64,000 bases of DNA from Zygnema circumcarinatum SAG 698-1b (GCA_037447605.1 CM074811.1:2232001-2296000); one strand, 5' to 3'. Shown: positions 1 to 11,195, numbered from the stretch's first letter. Made by a program: numbers and translations. Notes: generated by a model not told the origin, from the sequence alone.

Positions 1-110
1 AAGAATGTATGCTCTCTGGCGTACATCGTAGAGCTCGGATCCAGTTAAAGCCCTTCAATTGTCCGTCCTTTCGACTTTCTTTCTCATATTTATTTCTTTG
101 TTTCCTGCAG

Positions 111-839
111 GTTCTATGCAATGCCTGCGGCATTCGGTGGTACAAATTGAAGAAGGCCATGGTTCAAGTGTTAGAGAAGGCAGACGTCCCGTCTGCTCCT
201 TCAACTCCTGTGCGCTCCGCAACTCCAAGACCGGGAATGTCGCGAGGAAAGAACTGCAATTCAAGCCGAAAACGGTTCGCAAAGCTTGATCTGGATGCAG
301 AAGCTGGAGGGAAGAAGGGCCATGGACCTGCTCCTTGCAACCTGCAACTTTTGGAGCTTCCTGCACCCTGGAACAAGCGCAGCCGTTCGTCTCTCCCGTC
401 CTCTCTTTCTCTCCCGCAGCACCCTCCATGGGGGGAGGACCATGAATTCCCTGCGCCTGCTCCGAAGCGGAGTCGATATTCACCAAGGAGTACTACTCAA
501 TGGGAGGATGTTCAGAGAGAGCGGATAGAGAGAGAGAGAGAGGATGGGGTGAGCAGTGGTGATGAGAAAGATGGAGAAGCCCCTTCATACAGTGGGAGCA
601 GCAGTGGGAACAGTTGTTTGACAGGGAGAGGGAGGAGGACGGGATCGCCTGCTTGGACAAGCCGGCTGAGTATGGAGGATAGGAGTTCTCTTTTACGGGC
701 GACTTTGAGCGAAATGAAGGAAATTAAAGTGGAAATGGAACGGAAGTTTGAAATGGAGGAGACGGAGGCAGCCGTTTTGCTTATGATGTTGCATCAAGGG
801 GGAGCATTGGCCGATGGAGTAACATGTGAGTGGAATTGA
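111..839 (+). CDS. B-class GATA zinc-finger transcription factor with C-terminal LLM motif (last exon; 5' part outside window)
   Basis: Acceptor ttcctgcag ends at 110. The exon opens with the second half of a GATA finger (VLCNACGIRWYKLKK) and ends with EEtEAAVLLMMLHQG, matching the LLM motif (EAAxLLMxL) of B-GATAs. Confidence 0.85.
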   Translation, partial: VLCNACGIRWYKLKKAMVQVLEKADVPSAPSTPVRSATPRPGMSRGKNCNSSRKRFAKLDLDAEAGGKKGHGPAPCNLQLLELPAPWNKRSRSSLPSSLSLPQHPPWGEDHEFPAPAPKRSRYSPRSTTQWEDVQRERIEREREDGVSSGDEKDGEAPSYSGSSSGNSCLTGRGRRTGSPAWTSRLSMEDRSSLLRATLSEMKEIKVEMERKFEMEETEAAVLLMMLHQGGALADGVTCEWN

Positions 840-2280
840 AACGAGGTATGAAGAAAGAAAGAGGGAGAGAAAGAGAGGGAGGAGGAGAGAGAGAGGCTAT
901 TGTAGATATTCATCGGAGAGCGGGGGAAGTGAGAGGGTCGCTGCTTACAGCGGGAAATTTTGACAGTGGGTGGAACGTGGTTTTAACCAATCCTGAAGGC
1001 CGTCACAAAAAGGTGCCGAAAGGGGTGTCTCGGTAAATAGGGTTTTTTCCTTATCATCATAAATGGCATAATAATAGCTCCAAAAGTAGCTGTAAGTGAC
1101 GCCCATACATATCGGTGAATCTTGTACGTGACTGGCTGAGGGGTGGATGTACAGTTCAATGCTGGCAGCCGAAACCTAAATACTTTTGAGAGGCATATCT
1201 GAAAGGATTGTGTATACTGGGGGGGGGCTCGAAGTAGCGTTGGGAGGGAGAGATTCAGGTTAGATATGCAGACTCTGCTTCCATTCGACTCGACAGGCTC
1301 ACAAAAGTTCGTGAGTCTTAGTGATGAGGCGGAGAAAGTATATATTCTCTTCAAATTGGTTAGGACTATATAGAACGCATTAGCAAGTTTATTTCTTGGT
1401 AGGAATTTTAGAACACTGCAGTGACTGGTTTTCTCTCTCCTTTCCGGTTCCCTTTTGCCGGGGAAGTGGGAGCTGGGGATCGGCTGTGGGTAGTTACGAA
1501 GGCTGGCTGCTCTCTTGCCTTTGAAGGAGGGAGGAGGTTGAGACAGCGCTTCATGTGATGGCTCCTCATGCCACCATGGATAGTACATGTCACAAGTAAG
1601 GTAGCCGTGACATGAAGCAGCAGAACTACTCTTTCTTTTTTCAAAGAAATGTTTTTGCAATTCTCAGTGTGTGGTGGATATGGTGCCTGGACTGCTTGTA
1701 CTGTAAGAGCTGGAAAGAGAGAAAAAGAGGAAGAAACAGACTGAGAGAGACTATTGGGAGTGGGTAATGGATGTGAAGTTTGGTGCTTGTGCTGCATGAG
1801 AGCCTCTGTTTGCAGTCCGCTAAAGAGGTCGCATTGTCCGCATACATCCAAGAATGAAGATTCGACCTGAGGCGGAGGGCCCCCTGTCTTGTCTTTCAAT
1901 TAGGGCTGGACAGAGAGACAGACGCACACCGCAGACATTATTCATGGGTCGTGCGCACACCGAAGCCGGAGCATCCAGGCAGGCCCTGGCGCTGGGCGTA
2001 TGGCTGCCCGAGTTTATGTGTGGTCGTGAAAACAAGTACAACAATAAGAAGAAGAAGCAGAAGAAGCTTCTTCAGAATTACAAGAGGAAGGGCGAATGGT
2101 GTGCATTAGTCAGAAAGGCGAAGAGAAGTGCCCCCTTTTGGCTACACTTTAGTGACTTGTAACCAGTGATTACAGCAATGCGTGTATGCATGCATGCATG
2201 TCAAGTCTAACATGGCATCCACAATTGGCAATGTCAAATTTGGAATGTCGAGGCCCTAGGCCCTAGACGCCCGAGCCGGC

Positions 2281-2950
2281 ACTGGATCGTACGGACAGTC
2301 CTGCACGCGAGCGACCACTCAGAGAGGGCCACGCGCTGCCTCGGTCTCGCCGCTGCCGTACGGCCGCAAATCCGCGTACGGACGTCGACTCCGGCCGTAC
2401 GGCCTGGCTAGGCGCCACGCGGCAGGCGGTCCTTCGGGAGGACGCGCCGTCTGGCGGCGCCGCGGCACCGACAGTCAGTCGGGCGCACACAGGATTAGAG
2501 CCGAAATTAAAATACGTACGGCAATCCAATTTTTCCAAGGAAGACTATATATGCAATAAAATATCGCAATTCCAACCTCTGAACGGAGATCGATTTGTAG
2601 TTACAATTCACAGCATTACAACTACATCGAAAGGCGCAGCTACAGTTACAGTTACTGTGCAGGTTCATTCTCACGGTCCACAAAGAAAGGGCCCTGCCCG
2701 GCCCGGCCCGGGCTGGGCGGCGGAGCGGGTCCCGTCCGCGCTGCAGGCTGTTGGAGGTCGCGGGTGTGGGGGGGTGGATGGCGGAGGAGGCCTGCCGGCC
2801 ATGGCGGGCATGCGATAACAGGGCCGGCATTCGCGGCTTGCATCCTCACCGCGTCTCCCTTCTTGCCCGTTCTTGCGGGCCCGGAGGCTCGTGAGATATT
2901 TTCTTCTGCTGTTTTGCGTGCTTGCTGCTCCCACAGGCGGTCCATTCTCG
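2281..2950. promoter_or_regulatory. GC-rich upstream island of the golgin-like gene with five CGTACG palindromes
   Basis: CGTACG at 2288, 2357, 2375, 2396 and 2515; perfect 12-bp palindrome GGCCGTACGGCC at 2393-2404; lies directly 5' of the ATG at 2957. Confidence 0.5.
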
Positions 2951-2956
2951 TTCAAC

Positions 2957-5900
2957 ATGTGGCGTACACTCGGCACCTTGAAGGAGGGGCTGCAGGAGTT
3001 CAGCCGGGACGCGCTGCGGGAGACAAACCTCCTCCGGCCCGCTGCGACCACGGAGACGGAGAGAGCAATACCTGCAGAGAGAGAGAGAGAGAATAGCGCG
3101 GGAGAGAGCAAGGTGAGGTTGCAGGTTCAGGGCAAGAATGGATCTTTCTCACATGGAGTGAGATATTATCAGTTGATTGGAAGTAAGGAGATGACTGTTG
3201 TCATGTTAGGTTTGCGATTGGTAAGGGACCGTGGCGTTGAGCTAGATGGCGGGGCAGGCTTAGAATGCAATGTCGCTTAGTGGCATCTCATGTGTGCCGC
3301 TAGCCGTGGCGGGTGCAGGCAGGAGCTCGGCGGCTCGCGTCGTCACGGGCTGGTCGCTCCCCTGCAAGATCAAATGCAGAAGTTGCTAGAGAACCCTCTT
3401 CATTTTCACTGGACGAACATGATGAATGGGAAGGACAAAAGAATGCAGGCTCACCTGCTGTTGACGGAGACAGCGGCGGCTGGGAGAATCTCAACATTGA
3501 TACTCCCCTCAGCCCTCTTGCGGATCAGTCGTCTAGTATGGCCGCCTTCACTTCTCCAAAAGTGCAATCGTTGGGAGCTGCCGAGGCTGCTGTTGATACA
3601 AGCTATGACGACGGATTGATGGGACCAATTGATCTATTGGAAAGGCAGGATCGGTCCCAAGACGCAGGCAGTGAAGCTCATGCGATCACGGGGAATGACA
3701 CAGGCGGCCAAGTTGCAGATAGCCCAATGCTCTCAGAAAGCCAGGATGGTTCAAAGCCAGCCTCAAAAATGTCGCCTGCAGGTGAGAAAGTTGGTCAAAA
3801 TCGAGAGTCGTCCGAGTCAGAAAAAGTTGCAGGGGAGCGGCGGCATGAAGATATCGCAACTTCAGGCAATGTTCAGGCACAATCACCACCACTGGTTGAA
3901 CCGACCAGTGAGGGAGGTGCGGTTACAATCTCTGAAGGAGTTGCTCCCCCTAAAGCTTCTGTGAAGGCAGATGCCGTTAAGGAGGCGAGGCTGCAGGCCA
4001 AAAAGGACCGAGCAGAGCTTGAGAGGTTATCAAATCTATGCGCATATTTACGGAGTTCCTTAGAGGAGGAGCTGGTTGAACGGACGAAACTGAAGGAGGA
4101 GCTTGTCAAGTACAGAAATCAGGTCTGTACTGCCAATTAACAGGGTTTTTTTTTTTTTTTTTTTTTGTGAGCAGTAGAAAAGTACCGGTCAACTTTTATA
4201 CGGCTCAATGATGAGTTGTATTGAAGGCTCGAATCCTGTGAAAGGATGTCTGAAATCAAAGCATTTTTTTGGTGGTTGGGATAGAGATTGCATCTCTTCT
4301 TGCTCGGTAAGCTCTGCGTGTACTCTGAGAGCCCTGCCAAACCACTCAGTTCGTTATTGACTTTTTGTCCGGAACTGGTTGGCCTGGGCTTGCACTGACA
4401 TCACTAGAATTGCACTTTATCAGCGAAGCTTGCTCAAGCAACTCTGACAACATGCATCGCGCATCAAAGTCATGTGCCGATTTGCTTATTTGGTAACGAG
4501 GGATCTTTTATAACTGGAACACTGGAGGTATAGATACAAAGATTTTGAGTTAACTTCAAATAATCCAAATGCTGGTGTATTATTGGTAACTGCCCAAGTT
4601 TCAGGTGGCGCGAAACTAAGGTCGCTTATGATATGAATAGCGAAATTCTACGGTACTATATTTCCATGTTTAGAGAATGAATAGTAAGTATGAAATTTAT
4701 TGCCTACAAGGAGTTGTAGAATGTAGTGTAATAGCCATCAAAATCTATGAGGCAACGGGCAACGGGTTCAGGCTTTCGTTTTCGGTATTGTTTTAGAATA
4801 GTATGAAATTTCTTATGGTTAAACCTGGGAGAGAACTCTGCCAGTTATCTGTGCTGCCTTAAGCTGCCACTAATTGGAGGCAAGAGTATAAGAAGTCCCG
4901 TATAGTAAGGCGGTGCCCGCAATGTCAAATGATTCGTCTCATTTATCTAACAATTTTTCTTAATGTTGACAAGATCATCTAAATCAGGTCTATGCACCGC
5001 AGATTCAGCGCACCCGATATCCTAAAAAACCCGATCCTTCTGTCTCACTTCCTGCCAGTGATTGCCCAAAGGCTGTTCCAAAATAGCTTTGGTTTTGCTA
5101 TACAATACATGATTTTGTGCTCAACTTAGTGAATGAACAACCAGAGAAGGGTAGTCTTTCGTGGAAGTGTCTTGTTTAACACTACCAGCATTGGTCTTGT
5201 TTGCGAAGTCAGCGACAGACAAGGATGACCCTTTTTCAGAACGAGTCTGACTCCATTGGTGAGGGGGTACTGGATAGCACTGCAGAAGAGAGCACTGGAG
5301 GCACAAGTGGAGGAATTGGAGTCTGCAGCCGTAGACGCTGCAAAGATGGCGGAGGAGGAGCTGCAAGCAGCACAGAATGACTATCAGAAGCTGCAAGATA
5401 GGGCTATGGCTGCAGAAGCTAAAGCTGCTGCTTCTCGGAAGGAGAGAGAGGTCAGTTGCGACGAGAGAAGGCCACCTTTGAGTCAGCAAGTCTTGTAGTT
5501 GATTGAATGAGTTTGGTGACACGTGATGATGCGTTAATCTGATTGGGAAGGTTTTGCATGCTTGGGGAGTCGGGCAGGCTTTGGAGGCAAAAGTGAAGGC
5601 AATAACAGCTTCTTTAGAGAAACGGATGACAAATCTACAATCCGAGCTGCAGGTGAGTTTGGCAGGCAAATGTTTGAAGAGGAAAGGTCTTTTATGTCTC
5701 TGGTGATCTCTTCGCTGCTCTTTCAGCATTATTTTCAGCTTGAGTTTACATTTGTCCAGCCGCATAGCCGTTTCGTTGAGTTTCGTTTTGAGTCTTGCAG
5801 GCACGGCAGAAGGAGGTTGAGAGATTGCAAGAAGATAATGCGACAATGGAGTCGTCATTTTCTGAGTTGAGAAATCTGTTGAAGGAGGCTGTAGACGAGA

Positions 5901-7874
5901 GAGACGGGCTAATGGAGGGGCTGGCAGAACGGGATAAGCTGGTGGAGGAGATGAGAGAAGACTTGGAAAGAGCTCGAATGGAGGTATGTGCGCTTTTCAC
6001 CCGAAACCTGTCTTGGAAAACTTCTCAGACATGGCAGATGTCGATCCATACACTCTGTTCACCATTCTCGCAGTGTCTACGTGACGCTCTCCATTCTGAG
6101 GAAGGAATGCATTCAGTTCTTTCCTTATGCACATGCATGCATGCAGGCAGAAGCAGCTTGTCGTGAAGCAGCAGAGACGAGTGTCGCTCTCGCAGAAGCT
6201 GCAGCGCAGAAGAGAGAGGCGGCCATGGGACAAATGATGGGAGAGGAGGAGAGACTGCAATTGGAGGGCAGTGTGAAGGCAGCTATTGCAGCTGCAGAGG
6301 CAGCAAAAGGGGAAGCAGCAGAGCTCAAGGAGAAGTGCGTGAAGCTGGAAATGGCTGCCCGGGCGAGAGGGAGGGCCCTTGCGCAGGCGGAGGCAGAGCT
6401 CGCCATGGCTCAGGAGAGAGCTCTCGCAGCAGAAGGAGAGGCAGATGAGGCAAAGCGCGGGAGAGCAGAGGTGGGAGGGTGGGGAACAGGAGGGAGAGAA
6501 AGTGGTAGGGGAGGGGGAGGGAGCGGACAGCTTGAAATCTTGAACACTATGGTGGGGTTAATGCGTGACATATGGCCCGCAGGGTTTGTAGACTGTGAGT
6601 GTGTGTGTGACCAAGGTAGTGATGTGTTGATTGTTGGATGACTGAACAAATTGATCGAATGGTTATGATCGTGTACTGCACGCCAAGTGATTGGAACAGT
6701 ATGTTGAGCAGTGTTGTATGAAAGGAAGCGATGATCGATCGAAACTAAATCGCTTTCGTTGTTTTCTTTCAAGTCGCTGAGACTATGTTTCCTGCTGCAC
6801 ATATGCGCAGGCAGAAGGGAACAGTGAGCAGCTACGGGAGCAGACAGAACGGCGGGCGAAATTGTTCAATGCAGCTGTAAAGGCGGCAGTTAGCAAGATT
6901 AAATCAGTAAATACTTAACTTCCACTTCCAACACCAAGAATGTCATTGTTTGGCAGGGAATATTTTCAGTACTAAGGTCTCAGATTACTTTCAAGTCTAC
7001 ATTACAGGCAATTGAATTCAAGCTGGTGGTTTTTCCTGCAGGAGTTGGAAGGAGAGCGGGACGAAGCTTTGTTCCGAATTAGGAGTTTGGAGGCAGAGTC
7101 TGCTGCACACATTGAGGAGATGAGAAGCTTACAGGTGTGGTCCTTAACCATTGGTCCTTAAACTGCTCCTCCATGCATGTTTGCTTCCTCCAACCTTCTC
7201 CATTCTCGTGAGAATGTTGTCAAAACTTCCATGGAGTCCTAAATTCCCTCGTTCCGGTGGGTATTTTTCTTATTCCTTCATGCAGGAGCACGCTCAGTCC
7301 TTAGTGGAAGAGCTGGAAGCTGTGAATTCTTCACTGAAGGTGGAGGAGGAGGAGAAGAAGGGGCTGCAGAGGAAGGTTGGGGAGATGGAGAAGGATATGA
7401 AGGCCTTGCAGAGGAGGGAGGAGGAGGCACTTGCAGCGGGAGAGGCTGCAAGAGACGTATCCAACTCACTGGCAACAAAGGTAGGGGCACAGCCACAAGC
7501 TCTCTGAAGGCCTTGAGCTATGGTTACTCCTTGAGCAAAAGTGCATAGAATGGGGAAGATCTATGTACATGTTACACCTGGAGGAAAGGATTCCTTTAAA
7601 AAAAGCACAGATTTTTCCAGAAACTGTGGGAAGATGACGTTTTCGCAGTCTGAAGAACCTAACAAAGTCCTGGGGAAATACTAAACATTGGAGGGCTGCA
7701 GATATCGGCCCTGGACGAGCAGTGCAGAGAGCTGCGGGCGGAGGTGGAAGCGGTTCAAAGTGAAGCTGAAACAAAGCGTGCAGCATGGGAGGCCGAGAGG
7801 GTTGTGCTCGCGGGGCAGCTGACAGCTGCGGATCGAGAGAAGATTTCGCTGAAGGTGCCGTTACGAGACCAATC

Positions 7875-7909
<35 letters not shown>

Positions 7910-8825
7910 CCTCTCTCTCTCTCTCTCACTCTCTCTCTCCCTCACCCCTTCCCACCCCGCTTTTTCGCACTCTTTTTGTCCCCTCCCTCTCTCCGCTCCC
8001 ACTCTCGCTCTCTATCCCCGCTCTCCCTCCCCCCCCCTTCTTCTCCCACCTTCTCTCATCCTCGCGTTCTCTCTCGAAGGCTCTGCAGGTTGCTGGCCAT
8101 GAATCGAGCAGCGAAGCCCACAGTTTGCGGCAGCGCGTTGCCGAGTTGGAGGGTCGCCTTACAGCAGCGGAGAGCAGGGCAGTCCGTTTGTCCGAGGCAG
8201 CACGGCATCACGGAATGGACAAAGTCACATCGCGAACAGAACGGTCGACCAGTGCTCTTGCAGACCTTGAGTTGGACACAGTGCGGGTGGGACTGAGAGA
8301 CTTGGAGGTACATTGCATTGGTCTCTCGCTCTCTCTCTCTCTCTCTTCCTCTTTTCTCTCCTCTCTTTCTTTCTTCTTTTGCTCTCTCTTTCTCTCTCTT
8401 TAGTGACAGGCCATGCCTGAACTGAACATCTGCTTTTGCGTAGTGATGTATCGCAAGGAAAGATTTTGGCGCATAGTTTGGCAGTTTAATGTTTCAAGCA
8501 TGCAGAAGTTTAGGGTTTCTAACGCCATGGAAGAGGTATTTTTCACTCTCCGCTGCCGGGACTTCAGTCTTCCAACGATGCGCTGTTGGAGTCGAAGGGA
8601 AAGCGACCGTACAAGAGGGATGCTCCTGCCTCGTGGACGAAGCGGCAGCAGTTGGATGACCATGACAGGATGCCGGGCCGTATTTCAAGGCGGACTTTTC
8701 TCCTCGGTCTTTACATAATGCTTCTACACATCATTGTATGCAGTCTCTACCTCTCTCTCTCTCTTTCTCTCCTTCTGCAGCTTTCTGACCGGTCCTCGTG
8801 TCACCTGCTCTCCATTCTTTCCTGA
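2957..8825 (+). CDS. Long coiled-coil protein with C-terminal transmembrane anchor (golgin-like)
   Basis: Phase-0 GT-AG exons: 2957-3112, 3319-4122, 5286-5450, 5578-5652, 5801-5983, 6147-6470, 6811-6906, 7042-7134, 7286-7480, 7702-7854, 8089-8307, and about 8568-8825 (last exon boundaries uncertain). E/A/K/R-rich heptads; C-terminal RRTFLLGLYIMLLHIIV carries the Y-x-x-x-L-H pattern of golgin-84/CASP anchors. Confidence 0.75.
7876..7939. repeat. (CT)n microsatellite in golgin intron
   Basis: Imperfect CT dinucleotide run read directly. Confidence 0.9.
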
Positions 8826-9799
8826 ATAACAAACGTTATTGCTCGTAGCTCTTGAGACCTAAAGTAGCAAGTGGTGTTGGCGCAGGTCATGGTGTCATTC
8901 ACCCACCGATCCAATCCCTGCTCTTCCGGTGACATCGCAAAGGCTCTCCCTGACTCGTAAACAACTGGGAGCCAGTTCTCAGCTGGCCTCGTTGTTAGGG
9001 GTGGGTGGTGGGGCCCACTTTGACAGTAGGAAGCTGCATGAATGTATGGGATGGTGGTAGGATTTGTGCTCTAGGGGGCTGCCTGGTCACATTGATTACT
9101 CATTTATTTATCTCTTCTTTGAGGATGTCGGAAAGGAAATAAAGTTGCGTTTTTTTTTGTGCTAGTTTTTTTATTCAGAATGGGCCTTGTGGTGATTGGA
9201 ATTCAAGTCTGTTGGATAACTGTAAGGTTGTAAGGTCCTCCTGATTTAGTGTTGTGGGGAAGTTATCGGGACATACGTTATTCCGGCGGCATTTTTTTCT
9301 TTCCAAAGCAAAAATTTATGAAAATCAAAATACTTCGCACGAGTTGCAGATTTCCTCTTGCCGCCAACCTTTTGTCCTCGCTCGAAAAAGATTCAGAAAC
9401 GACACACAGAAGAAGACACAAAGCCTGCTGCCATTCCCGAGGAGTGACCTTGAGACCAAAGTGGTCTTCATGGTCGTGCTGGAACTTGAGCAACTTCTTG
9501 CTTTTCACCTTTGTGACATTTCATGCTCCAAAATCGTAGCACTCACCACGACGACATCTGCCGATGGAAGAGAGAGTGAGAAGAAAACAAAGAGGAAAAG
9601 CGAGAGAAGGGGGGGGGGAGAAACAATGGCATCTAAGACATAGAAAACGTCAGTATTACTGAGGTTTCAGCCGTTACTGTACGTCTCGTAACAGTGACTA
9701 TTGACTATTGTATTTTTTGTACGATTATGTCATCTTCGACAATCCTGTATTCGTCCCTTGAAAAAAAAAAAAAAAGAAGGGGACGCCAATAATATTTTA

Positions 9800-9996
9800 G
9801 GGGGGTTCAGACTTGTCGCGGAGCGTAAGAAATTCCCGAATTCAGTACGAAAAGTCACTTTTTTCGTGTACGAATTCCGGGTCGGGATCCGCGGCTCCGC
9901 CGAACCCACCCGTACCGAAATGCGTACCTAGCCAATGCGAAATGCGCCCGGCAGGCTTACGAAATTGATTCGGCCATGTTTTAAGTCTGAACCCCC
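9800..9996. mobile_element. MITE 1 (non-autonomous DNA transposon, ~197 bp)
   Basis: Perfect 14-bp TIRs GGGGGTTCAGACTT (9801-9814) and AAGTCTGAACCCCC (9983-9996); TA at 9798-9799 and 9997-9998; no coding capacity. Confidence 0.8.
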
Positions 9997-10220
9997 TATT
10001 TATGAAATTCAAGGGATTTCGTACACGGATTCCCTTAAATGTAGAAGGCCTGACTCTCACTCAGACAACAAGTGGGTTCCCAAACTAGTTTGCAAATGCG
10101 CAGTTACCAACCAAAAAGCCACCTATGCGGTTTGAGGGGAGAACGCCACGCTTGCCTATCGATTAACCTCCTTTTACCTCCCCACATTACAGCGCCCTCC
10201 GCTGTAGTCTCAAGCCATTA

Positions 10221-10497
10221 GGGGGAGTCAGACCTTGACCATCGCCAAACCAATTCCGCGAGCCCGTCCGGCCAATTCCGCGTTGTACGGCAGGCCTTTT
10301 TCGCCAAAAGTGGACGTTCGACAGGCTCGGGCGCCGAGCCTGTATCTCATTTTTGTAACCTATTTCGAAGTACGGACGGGACAGACAGGTTCGGGGGGAG
10401 CCGCGGTTTCCGATCCGAATTCTGCAATCGAAATCAATACCTTTCCGCCGGCGGAATCTTTCAATTCCGCGGGCGATGGTCAAGGTCTGACTCCCCC
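10221..10497. mobile_element. MITE 2 (277 bp), same family as MITE 1, opposite orientation
   Basis: Perfect 26-bp TIRs GGGGGAGTCAGACCTTGACCATCGCC (10221-10246) and its reverse complement (10472-10497); TA on both flanks; internal hairpin ACAGGCTCGG-GCG-CCGAGCCTGT at 10321-10343; interior is homologous to the reverse complement of MITE 1. Confidence 0.88.
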
Positions 10498-10919
10498 TAT
10501 TATAAGGATGGCCAAGACTGTACGGCAGCCCTGCGCCATCCTCTCCTGTGCGATGTGCGATCGGACCAAGAACCCATCGACCACTTATTTGATGGCATCA
10601 TCGCCCGCCATCGTGAAGAGACCAATGCCACAAAAGGAAGGAAAATGGCAATGAACTCACAATGGCGAGGCTATCGAATGCCGCAAATTTCTTCTCACCA
10701 AGAAAGAATTTTGTCTCCGTGCTTGCTTCAAGTCTTTTCGTTTTTAGAAAGGGAAAAGAACTGGTTTTGACTCATGTCGCTCGTTTCTATGTCCATGTGG
10801 CGGCGTCCCAGCCGTGCGTTTCATGCCCATCCGCCGTTTCAGTTCCCGTTGTTGTTCCTTTTTCGGTCGCGTCGCTCTACGTTCCGCCGTGCCAAGTGGC
10901 AGCTCCCCACGCTGTCGGC

Positions 10920-11098
10920 GCCACGTGGACCTGTCACGTTGCTGCCTTCCACCGCAGACACGTCACTTTACTTCTGAGTGCCACGCGTTTCTTTGCATGT
11001 GCTGCCACGTGTCGCCTCAATGACTATTGTTGCATTTGCCACGTGTCCGCGCCTTTGTACGGAGCTACCCCGTTTGTCCTTTTCAGGAGCGTATAAAA
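10920..11098 (+). promoter_or_regulatory. ABRE/G-box cluster plus CE3-like element, RY motif and TATA box of the PEBP gene
   Basis: GCCACGTG 10920, GACACGTC 10957, GCCACGCGT 10980 (CE3-like), TGCATG 10994, GCCACGTGTC 11004 and 11038, TATAAAA 11092-11098; the ATG is at 11199. Confidence 0.7.
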
Positions 11099-11187
11099 GC
11101 GACGAAAGCCGGCGTCCACTGCAGGAACGTCGGTCGCCATTTTTTAAGTTTTTGCAGCCACAGCTCCGCTCCAATTTCCTGCAACCA

Positions 11188-11195
11188 AAACCCTA
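11188..11195 (+). promoter_or_regulatory. Telo-box (AAACCCTA) immediately before the PEBP start codon
   Basis: aaaccctagccATG; similar telo-boxes occur at 26601-26609 (SEC62), 40688-40696 and 49257-49264. Confidence 0.45.

Noticed and set aside
983-1660. 225-aa minus-strand ORF downstream of the GATA gene
   Set aside because: No recognisable motif or exon structure; composition looks like UTR/intergenic DNA.
1854-2162. Lys-rich 102-aa ORF, with a Leu-rich antisense frame that looks like a signal peptide
   Set aside because: Both derive from an AAG trinucleotide run; the antisense frame has no in-frame start.
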